Shown here: in pieces, positions 54,424-61,829 of the stretch | Numbering within the stretch: the stretch's first letter is position 1 | Layout: each line of letters starts with the position of its first letter | Origin: a virus | DNA: 64,000 bases | IMG/VR virus record: IMGVR_UViG_3300037041_000399 | Location: 1 to 64,000 of that record | Reading direction: 5' to 3' (one strand) | Notes under the pieces: model-generated | Databases searched by the model: none | Seen by the model: only the letters and a program-made list of their open reading frames with translations | What the model was told of the DNA's origin: nothing | Program-made: the position numbers and the translations under genes

Positions 54424-54600
54424 ATGTTTAACAAAATCAAAAATTATTTAAATGGCAACAGAAAAGAAATCGATGAAGCCAGAGAATTCCTTATCACATG
54501 GCAAGAAGGCCAAAAAGCTGCTGATGAACTAGTAGCTAAGTTTGAAGCAAAAGCCTTAGTAATGAAACTTGAAAGATTAGCGAGAGAACGTCATGCTTAA
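54424..54600 (+). CDS. Early hypothetical protein
   Basis: ATG at 54424 after TTTGGAG (MFNKIKNYL...). Confidence 0.6.
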   Translation: MFNKIKNYLNGNRKEIDEAREFLITWQEGQKAADELVAKFEAKALVMKLERLARERHA

Positions 54601-54784
54601 TGCTAAAGTGTTGGACTACACTAAAAAGTTCGGGAAAGAAGTTCTTAATGTTCTTCAAACACCTGTCTTTGAGATTAAAATTGGGGAACCCAAACCTCAA
54701 GAACCAACACAAGAAGTTAATGATAAAGCAGATGAATTAGCTGCTATGGTCGAACTCTTACAACGAAAATTTAATGGCTTATAA
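54593..54784 (+). CDS. Early hypothetical protein
   Basis: 63-aa overlapping ORF. Confidence 0.55.
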   Translation: MLNAKVLDYTKKFGKEVLNVLQTPVFEIKIGEPKPQEPTQEVNDKADELAAMVELLQRKFNGL

Positions 54785-54795
54785 AGGATATTATT

Positions 54796-55053
54796 ATGTT
54801 TACTTTTATTTCACACTTGTTCATGTCTCCATTTGAAATTTTTATGGAAACACTATTAAGCCCAATGGGTTTAATTATGATTGTAACGTTTGCATTAGCC
54901 ATTGTTGGTTACTTCAAAGTACGTCAAGCCAGAAAGAATCATGCGCACATTGTTGTTATCAACTTGTGGGAATTGATCTTCTGGGTATCAGTTGTTATAA
55001 CTTCAGGTTGTAACTTAGTATATGCAATCATGCATCCTTCAGTCTTTTGGTGA
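54796..55053 (+). CDS. Early membrane protein (2 TM)
   Basis: AAGGA RBS; two hydrophobic segments. Confidence 0.6.
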   Translation: MFTFISHLFMSPFEIFMETLLSPMGLIMIVTFALAIVGYFKVRQARKNHAHIVVINLWELIFWVSVVITSGCNLVYAIMHPSVFW

Positions 55054-55056
55054 TTT

Positions 55057-55227
55057 ATGAAATTAAAATTTGCTTTCTATACATTGCTAACTATTCTAGT
55101 AGCAATTACAATGCTGTATGTAGGTGCGCTTCTTTACAAAGTAGCGTTGTTGTTAATCGCGGTATTATTACTAATCATCGGATACCAAGTATCTGAATTA
55201 ACACGGAGATTTACAAATGGCAGCTAA
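55057..55227 (+). CDS. Small hydrophobic membrane protein (not in ORF track)
   Basis: MKLKFAFYTLLTILVAITMLYVGALLYKVALLLIAVLLLIIGYQVSELTRRFTNGS. Confidence 0.5.
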   Translation: MKLKFAFYTLLTILVAITMLYVGALLYKVALLLIAVLLLIIGYQVSELTRRFTNGS

Positions 55228-55534
55228 CATAAGGCTTCAAGGTTTCTATCCAGTAGCAACTGAAAAGGTTTTAAATGAAGAAGCTCCTGGGGATCTATTC
55301 TTATCTCCTTTAGTGTATAGGCATACCGTGCGTGAAGTTGATGCAAGTCAGTTAGTTGTAATGGAAGATGTAGAAAAATTCATGTGTGGTTCCGGATGGG
55401 ACTTCGCAGATGTAGTAGCTGTAGCAGATTTAACAGGAACAATTCCAATACCATTTTATGTGTTGAAGGAAAAGATTCCAAGGCTTTTAACCTTGGTTAA
55501 TAGGTACAAACCAAGATTTATAGAAACTGTGTAA
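55217..55534 (+). CDS. Early hypothetical protein
   Basis: 105 aa, GGAG RBS. Confidence 0.6.
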   Translation: MAANIRLQGFYPVATEKVLNEEAPGDLFLSPLVYRHTVREVDASQLVVMEDVEKFMCGSGWDFADVVAVADLTGTIPIPFYVLKEKIPRLLTLVNRYKPRFIETV

Positions 55535-55540
55535 AACAAA

Positions 55541-55595
55541 CCCTCTCTGGCTCCTTCGGGAGCTGGGGAGGGCTTTCTCTCTTATTTTTTTTTTT
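55541..55595 (+). terminator. Strong hairpin/terminator ending the first early block
   Basis: CCCTCTCTGGCTCC-TTCG-GGAGCTGGGGAGGG followed by a pyrimidine/T11 tract. Confidence 0.75.
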
Positions 55596-55792
55596 CTCAA
55601 ACTGCAAACTTTGTAACCTTAGCTCATAACTGATGCCTTCGGGCATCGAATCTTTGTAGTCTACCAGGACAGCTATGAAGAATATTCTACAGGATTCGAT
55701 TCTGTTATGTGCTTTAATTTTGTTTAATGGCATTCGTATTGAAACATTTACGATGTTTATCTTTTTAACCTTAATACTACCTAGGAATCATA

Positions 55793-58012
55793 ATGCGGAA
55801 TAAGTTATTAAAGTCTTTACGTACAAGAATTGCTGTAGAAATTGCACCACAATCTCCAATTAAGTTTTTAAAGAAGCTTGACATAGAAGAGCATCTAGAT
55901 GAGATTATTGCAAACACTTACTTGTACACAAGACCTAAAAAGGGTTCTGACAAGGAAATTATAATGTCAGAAGTAATTTGTATTATTGGGCACAATATGC
56001 GAAAGGGCGAAAAGAAAGATTCAGCTACAGCAGCCAGATGTGGTGCTTTTATTTTATACTCATTTGCAGAGCTAGGCCTCACAGAAATAGTAATGACTAG
56101 TGCAGCTAATGGCCACGGCACATACGTAGTTAAAGTCGTAGATGAAAAGAGTATGCAGGAATTATGGGAAACAGTATCTAGACAGGGTGGTAAGGGTAAA
56201 TTACCATCAGCAACACCATATGCAGATTGGACAAGTTTTAGGCATGATACAGGTGCCGTTTTAGTTAAGACACAATCAAAAGCTGTAGCAGAAATCTTAA
56301 CACCTGAAACACATCCAATTGTATTTGAGTCTATTAATAAAAGTCAAAGAGTAGGTTGGCTGATTAACAAAGAAGTCTATAATATTGCTAAGTGGGCTTT
56401 AAGTAACAAAACAGAAGCATTCAGTGATATTTGGGAACAGCATAATCCACAAGCACGTACAACTAAATTAAGAGAGACTAAAGCTATTCTTAGTATTGCA
56501 GACAAGTTTACTGATATTCCTTTTTACCATTTGTACTATCTAGACTTTAGAGGTCGTAAATATCCAACTACAGCGTATCTACATGAGCAGTCTTCTGACA
56601 TTGCTAAGGGCTTATTAATGCGTCAAGACAAGAAGGTTATTGGACAAGATGGTTTCTTTTGGCTATGCGTATCAATTGCAAGTAACTGGGCAGGTAACTC
56701 AGGTAGAGAAGATGGTGCTAAGACAGATAAAATACCTCTAAAAGACAGATATCAGTGGGTACTAGACAATGAAGAAATTCTGACAGCGTATGCACTTTCG
56801 CCTAAGCTAAATCAAGGCTGGATGGAAGCTGATAAGCCTTGGCAATTCTTAGCTGCTTGTATTGAGCTTAAGAACGCGTTAAGTATGGGTTCTAGTTATC
56901 TTCAGTATGAGTCTCATGTAGAGTGTTTCATTGACGGTTCTACTAATGGCTCACAGCATTTAAGTGCTCTCACTAGAGATGAAATTACAGCACCATATGT
57001 TAATTTAGTACCATTAGAAATGCCTGGAGATTTATATGCATACGTGGCTAACCATGTGTGGAGTAAAATCTCGACTATTGTAAATGCAATGTCGCCAAGC
57101 TTAGTATTAGAGTGTGAAGAATTTATTGATGGATTAATAGCGTTAAAAAGAAAGATTGTTGCGGCTGAACCCAAATCAGAGTTACGTAGTCAATTAGTGT
57201 CACAAATAAGAGCATACAAAACAAAATGGACAGATGTCGGTGAAAAGGCTTCTCCAGTATTTTGGCATAGAATTAAAGATAGTAAGCAACGTAGAAAGAT
57301 TGTTAAAAGGAATGTAATGACATTACCGTATGGCGGTTCAGGGTATGGCTTGTCAGAACAACAAATTGATGATTCTAAAAAGCATGGTATAGAATTGTTA
57401 ATGAATATGGAACACAAATGGGCATCATGGATGGGACGATTAGTATTTGAAGATGCTAAAGAATCTTTACAAAGACCTATGATGCTATTAGAAGTATTTG
57501 AGAAAGCTGGAGCAGCTGCTGAGAAGAAAGGTAAATTCTTAGAGTGGACAGTGCCTGTTACAAATTTCCCTGTAGTGCAAAATTATACAGAAGGTCGTAC
57601 TAAAAAGATACATATTCAATGGGGTCCGAGAATTGGCATTAGGAGTGAAACCACCGGATACTTTGGAAATGATATACAATTACATATATGTTTTATTGAG
57701 GATCAAGTACCCTCAAAAGGAAAGCAGTCCCAAGGAGCAGCACCAAATGTAATCCATTCATTGGATGCAGCGCACTTAGCGATGACAACAGCTAAATGCG
57801 ATTTTCCTATTACGACTATACATGATTCCTATGGCTGCCTGCTTGCAGATATGCCTAAGCTATATCAATGTGTGCGTGATACTTTTGTCGAGCTTTACCA
57901 AGAGAATCCTTTGTTTCCCCTGATCGATAAGATAAATGGCGATTTAAGCTATTTAGATATGGGTGAGCTGGATGTTAATTTAATTCTAGAAAGTGAATAT
58001 GCTTTCGCATAG
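55793..58012 (+). CDS. T7-family single-subunit DNA-directed RNA polymerase (739 aa)
   Basis: DFRGRKY, DKPWQFLA, DGSTNGSQHL (A), RKIVKRNVMTLPYG (B), PNVIHSLDAAHL, IHDSYG (C). Confidence 0.95.
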   Translation: MRNKLLKSLRTRIAVEIAPQSPIKFLKKLDIEEHLDEIIANTYLYTRPKKGSDKEIIMSEVICIIGHNMRKGEKKDSATAARCGAFILYSFAELGLTEIVMTSAANGHGTYVVKVVDEKSMQELWETVSRQGGKGKLPSATPYADWTSFRHDTGAVLVKTQSKAVAEILTPETHPIVFESINKSQRVGWLINKEVYNIAKWALSNKTEAFSDIWEQHNPQARTTKLRETKAILSIADKFTDIPFYHLYYLDFRGRKYPTTAYLHEQSSDIAKGLLMRQDKKVIGQDGFFWLCVSIASNWAGNSGREDGAKTDKIPLKDRYQWVLDNEEILTAYALSPKLNQGWMEADKPWQFLAACIELKNALSMGSSYLQYESHVECFIDGSTNGSQHLSALTRDEITAPYVNLVPLEMPGDLYAYVANHVWSKISTIVNAMSPSLVLECEEFIDGLIALKRKIVAAEPKSELRSQLVSQIRAYKTKWTDVGEKASPVFWHRIKDSKQRRKIVKRNVMTLPYGGSGYGLSEQQIDDSKKHGIELLMNMEHKWASWMGRLVFEDAKESLQRPMMLLEVFEKAGAAAEKKGKFLEWTVPVTNFPVVQNYTEGRTKKIHIQWGPRIGIRSETTGYFGNDIQLHICFIEDQVPSKGKQSQGAAPNVIHSLDAAHLAMTTAKCDFPITTIHDSYGCLLADMPKLYQCVRDTFVELYQENPLFPLIDKINGDLSYLDMGELDVNLILESEYAFA

Positions 58013-58021
58013 GAGTTTATA

Positions 58022-58324
58022 ATGCAGTTAATGACAATTCGTGAGTACTTAGAAATGATTGAGTTTGAAGTGTGCTATCAGACATTGAGCCACAGGCTAA
58101 CCTTGCTAGGGGTCAAACCTCTTCATTTCAAACGAGTTGGTAAGAATTTAGCAGGGTTATTTAAATTGTCTGATTTACAAGCTGCTGGTAATTACAAGAA
58201 AAGGCTACCACGTAAGCCACAACCTATAGTCTTGCAAACAGAAATACTTACTTTTCTTAGTAACCCTTTAACACCTGTACATCGCTGGTACGGCTACAGA
58301 AATGAGGAATTAAAATGGCTTTAA
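58022..58324 (+). CDS. Hypothetical, possibly DNA-binding protein
   Basis: 100 aa, basic, AGGAG RBS. Confidence 0.5.
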   Translation: MQLMTIREYLEMIEFEVCYQTLSHRLTLLGVKPLHFKRVGKNLAGLFKLSDLQAAGNYKKRLPRKPQPIVLQTEILTFLSNPLTPVHRWYGYRNEELKWL

Positions 58325-58518
58325 CAATGTTTCCAGGCGGTATTAAAGAGCCTCAAGATAGAATACTTCTTGTGGTACAAGGCAAGCCAGAGCATATAGA
58401 GCAACTCAATGAGATGCTTAAAGCTGGATGGAGAGTAGCTGAAATTATTTCTCTTAGTGGATTTGCAAATCTACCGGGAGAAGCACATTATTTACTTAAT
58501 AGAGGAGATACGTTATGA
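58315..58518 (+). CDS. Hypothetical protein
   Basis: 67 aa, GAGG RBS. Confidence 0.55.
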   Translation: MALTMFPGGIKEPQDRILLVVQGKPEHIEQLNEMLKAGWRVAEIISLSGFANLPGEAHYLLNRGDTL

Positions 58519-58985
58519 AGATCTTAAGAACACCTTTACACAAGATTGTATCAGGTTCAACTGGAGTAGCTAATCCAGCTTTCTTAAATGCAGCAGCTTT
58601 AGGGCCAGAAGAAACTATAACTGAGATTATTAACAAGGCTATGACATACACAAGAGAACCTGCAACAGAAAAGTTCTCTACAGAAGTTTTGGCATACGTT
58701 AATAATGTAATTAATATGTACCTAAGAGAAATCTTAGTTAACGGTACTTGCTATAAGCATCACTTAGCTACAAATGATGTAGGGTTTGTATTTGATGTAT
58801 CCTACTCTACAACAGTAGGTAAAGGTACAGGAATTAGCGCTGAAGTGCAAGTACTACAAGATGATGATACAATTAGAGATTTCTATTTGCATTATCGTGT
58901 TGTGCTACCAAACGGTACTACAACAACATGGCGCATTGACAGCGTTGAAGATAGCAACTGGTTGAGCTATATGGCTCAAGAATAA
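58515..58985 (+). CDS. Hypothetical protein
   Basis: 156 aa, GAGGAG RBS. Confidence 0.6.
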   Translation: MKILRTPLHKIVSGSTGVANPAFLNAAALGPEETITEIINKAMTYTREPATEKFSTEVLAYVNNVINMYLREILVNGTCYKHHLATNDVGFVFDVSYSTTVGKGTGISAEVQVLQDDDTIRDFYLHYRVVLPNGTTTTWRIDSVEDSNWLSYMAQE

Positions 58986-58997
58986 TAGGAGAATAAA

Positions 58998-59399
58998 ATG
59001 AAAGATAAATTAGATACACTATTAGCATTAGCTTTAGTCCACAATTGGACTGTTGATAGAGAAATGGGCTATGAAATTGCAGAAGTAAAAGAATTTCATG
59101 GCACCGATCTTATAGAGTGGGACGAAGACTTTGCTGAAGAGATTGAAGAAGAATATGATGAAATGATGTATGTCTTTAGAAAAGACGGCACTGTCTTAAC
59201 GTATAATGAAGAATCAGGCAGCTACTTTAACTTCTATGATGCATTACAAGTAGAGCCTGATCCTCTTGAAACCTATTGGAGAGAAGCAATAGCTGATAGT
59301 ACATATGATACATTCTTAACAGAAAATATCAAACGCGGTAGCATACGAGAACCGAATCCAAACTATCCGTCTGAAGAAGACTTAAGAGTGACTTACTAA
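58998..59399 (+). CDS. Acidic hypothetical protein
   Basis: 133 aa, AGGAG RBS, Glu/Asp-rich. Confidence 0.6.
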   Translation: MKDKLDTLLALALVHNWTVDREMGYEIAEVKEFHGTDLIEWDEDFAEEIEEEYDEMMYVFRKDGTVLTYNEESGSYFNFYDALQVEPDPLETYWREAIADSTYDTFLTENIKRGSIREPNPNYPSEEDLRVTY

Positions 59400-59405
59400 G
59401 TAATA

Positions 59406-59433
59406 AAGCCTGGGTATGCTTCTTAACTGCCCA
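59406..59433 (+). ncRNA. Small H-type pseudoknot motif, copy 2
   Basis: AAGC-CTGGGTAT-GCTT-CTTAAC-TGCCCA; loop TGGGTA pairs with TGCCCA. Confidence 0.55.
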
Positions 59434-59455
59434 CAACTGACAGAAGGAGGTAGTC

Positions 59456-59833
59456 ATGTTAGGAATGACTCCAACACTATGTCTCGTTGCTGCAATGTAC
59501 TTCGAGGCTAGAAACCAAACGTCCGATGCCATGTTAGGTGTCGGTCAAGTATTAATGGAGAATACAGAGAATGGCAAAACTATGTATGACACATTGAAAA
59601 AGAAGGGGCTGTTCTCTTGGGCTAGGAAAGGAGTTAAAATACCTAAACCTAAGAGTCCGGCGGACGTTGAAGTTTTTGAGCATCAGCAGAAGCTGGCGCG
59701 AAAAATGCTTTTCAAACAACTTAGAACACCTTTATTACGAGGTAAGTATAGGTATTTTAATAATTGGCAACTAGGCAGGCGATTTAAGACTAATGTACCG
59801 TTAGTTAGAATTGATGACTTAGTTTTCTATTGA
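59456..59833 (+). CDS. Cell-wall hydrolase, SleB/Hydrolase_2-like
   Basis: CLVAAMYFEARNQ..GVGQV..FSW..IDDLVFY. Confidence 0.7.
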   Translation: MLGMTPTLCLVAAMYFEARNQTSDAMLGVGQVLMENTENGKTMYDTLKKKGLFSWARKGVKIPKPKSPADVEVFEHQQKLARKMLFKQLRTPLLRGKYRYFNNWQLGRRFKTNVPLVRIDDLVFY

Positions 59834-59840
59834 GGATTTT

Positions 59841-60101
59841 ATGGACAATATTAGAGCAGTAATTGATTATGTAATTGGGTCTGAGGCGTATGACTATGAA
59901 AACTACGTAACTGAAGTTTGGTGGGATCGAGACTTTTCACTAGAGAATAAAGAGCAACTAGAGATATCTTTGATAGATCCAGAAGTTGATCATCCCTATA
60001 AGACTGCAGTACTAGCACAGAGAGAGCTAGGAACCTTAGGAAAACCTGAACCTGTTTTTCTAGACCTAACAATGGATCAGTTTGCGGCATTAGTATCATG
60101 A
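59841..60101 (+). CDS. Hypothetical protein
   Basis: 86 aa, GAGG RBS. Confidence 0.55.
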   Translation: MDNIRAVIDYVIGSEAYDYENYVTEVWWDRDFSLENKEQLEISLIDPEVDHPYKTAVLAQRELGTLGKPEPVFLDLTMDQFAALVS

Positions 60102-60262
60102 GTGTCTGGGAATATCTACTAATTGCCTACGCTATATTAGCTACGTATCGATTAGGCAAAGTTCTACAAGAGCTTATGCGATACAAAGAACATTGTGCTG
60201 ATTTAGAAGCACGATTAATTTTAACAACACTAGGTAAAAGACCTGATGACAGCCTTCACTAA
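60098..60262 (+). CDS. Small protein with N-terminal TM (not in ORF track)
   Basis: ATGA coupling; MSVWEYLLIAYAILATYRLGKVLQELMRYKEHC... Confidence 0.45.
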   Translation: MSVWEYLLIAYAILATYRLGKVLQELMRYKEHCADLEARLILTTLGKRPDDSLH

Positions 60263-60390
60263 CGATGAAAGCCTTGAGCTATTACATTTATTAACTTTAC
60301 TTGGCGCTATAATAGGAATGCCTGAAGATCACGAAGCAGACAACTATAAGTTAACTGCAATTAAAATTATTGAATTTAAGGAGAACCTAC

Positions 60391-60762
60391 ATGCTAGTCT
60401 TGAAAACCGTTTATGATGTACGTGTATTGCCTGAAAGCTATAAAGATGTATTAGTTGATTTGGAGCCTGTCATTGGTGACCTTTCAAATCACCATGAGCT
60501 AATGGATAAGCTAGGCGGTAACGTATATATCCTTGAAGAAGAAGCAGAGTTAGAGAATATCGAAGTATATGACTTAGATCATGGAAATGGTACCTTACTT
60601 ACTATGCCAGGCTCATTTGACATGGCTGAGAGATTTGCAGGTGACTGGGTAAAAGTCATGAATGTTACTTCTAATTCAGGAGGTGCTGTTTATTATATAC
60701 CGCCTGCAGTTGCAGACCTTAACGATCATGTGTCCGAAAGTATTGATCTTTCGAATTACTAG
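60391..60762 (+). CDS. Hypothetical protein
   Basis: ATG at 60391 after AAGGAG. Confidence 0.6.
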   Translation: MLVLKTVYDVRVLPESYKDVLVDLEPVIGDLSNHHELMDKLGGNVYILEEEAELENIEVYDLDHGNGTLLTMPGSFDMAERFAGDWVKVMNVTSNSGGAVYYIPPAVADLNDHVSESIDLSNY

Positions 60763-60764
60763 AC

Positions 60765-60780
60765 CCCGTTAAATTAACCC
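60765..60780 (+). promoter_or_regulatory. Class I motif, copy 6
   Basis: Exact 16-mer upstream of SSB/DNA polymerase; 23-nt identity with 238-260. Confidence 0.75.
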
Positions 60781-60810
60781 CTTCTAAACATTTATACATG
60801 AGATTTAAAA

Positions 60811-61281
60811 ATGGCAAATTTATATAATTTGGAAATACACCACCCAAACCTTGTAAAAGGTAAGAATAACTATGATCCAAGTAAACCTAAATGGTCTGCT
60901 ATGTTAGTAACTAAAAAAGAAGCACAAGCAAAAGAAGTTGCAAGTATGGGAATTAAAGTTACTGAGTTTAAAACTAACGAGGGTAAGATAGCTTGGAAAT
61001 TTAACGTAAGCAAGAATGTAACAAAGTTTACAGGAGAGCCAAGTACCCCTATTAGTGTTGTAGATATGGACGATAATCCATTGCCGAAAGATAATATTGG
61101 TAATGGTAGTATTGTAAATGTCAGATTATTTGAACGAGAATACGTAAACAAAGCCGGTAAGCCTGCAATAAGTTATATACTAATGGCAATACAAATTGTT
61201 AAATTGATTGAGTATAAGCCTACAAAACCTGGTGATTTTCCTCCTGCTGCTATTGAGTACGAAGATGGAGATGTATTCTAA
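60811..61281 (+). CDS. Single-stranded DNA-binding protein (T7 gp2.5-like)
   Basis: IGNGSIVNV..L.AIQIVKLIEY; acidic tail ending in an aromatic residue (EYEDGDVF). Confidence 0.75.
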   Translation: MANLYNLEIHHPNLVKGKNNYDPSKPKWSAMLVTKKEAQAKEVASMGIKVTEFKTNEGKIAWKFNVSKNVTKFTGEPSTPISVVDMDDNPLPKDNIGNGSIVNVRLFEREYVNKAGKPAISYILMAIQIVKLIEYKPTKPGDFPPAAIEYEDGDVF

Positions 61282-61781
61282 TGGCACGCTACAAGTATAC
61301 TGTAGTAGATGGACTTGGCATTGAAGGCGCAGAATATTTCGACTTTAAAGAGATCCCTATTAATGCTATTATGGGAGACTATGGGCACGTTATATCTACA
61401 CGTATCGAAGACGGCACAAAAGCAGGTGCCTTAGTGACCAGAGATGATTATGAAGCTTGGCGTGAAATGCTTGATCGCTGTCATTGGCTCCCAAAGTCTG
61501 AAATTGTACAAGCTGTAGATCCAAAGCATTATAAAGGCTACGTAGAAGAGTTCCAGTGGATCGATACTATGAGCCGTATCCCTACGTTAAAAGATCCTAA
61601 GATATTTTCTGGTGCTGTAGAAATGCAAATTAGAAAATACCTTGACCGCAATGGTCAGAAAGATGATGTTGTACAAGAGCTACTTAAAGCGCGATGGTAT
61701 TTAAACTACTTGATTGCTTATAAGATTGCAGACAGACCAATCATGGTAGATGAGGTCGAAGATATTATATCTTCAATTTAA
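61281..61781 (+). CDS. DUF3310-like protein
   Basis: VDPKHYK..KYL.R.G.K...QELLKARWYLNYLI. Confidence 0.65.
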   Translation: MARYKYTVVDGLGIEGAEYFDFKEIPINAIMGDYGHVISTRIEDGTKAGALVTRDDYEAWREMLDRCHWLPKSEIVQAVDPKHYKGYVEEFQWIDTMSRIPTLKDPKIFSGAVEMQIRKYLDRNGQKDDVVQELLKARWYLNYLIAYKIADRPIMVDEVEDIISSI

Positions 61782-61785
61782 CAAC

Positions 61786-61820
61786 AAAAGGGCGTTTCGT
61801 TTAATACGGAGCGCCTTTTA
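61786..61820 (+). terminator. Hairpin/putative terminator
   Basis: AAAAGGGCGTTTCGT-TTAAT-ACGGAGCGCCTTTT. Confidence 0.55.
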
Positions 61821-61829
61821 TTCGAGGCT

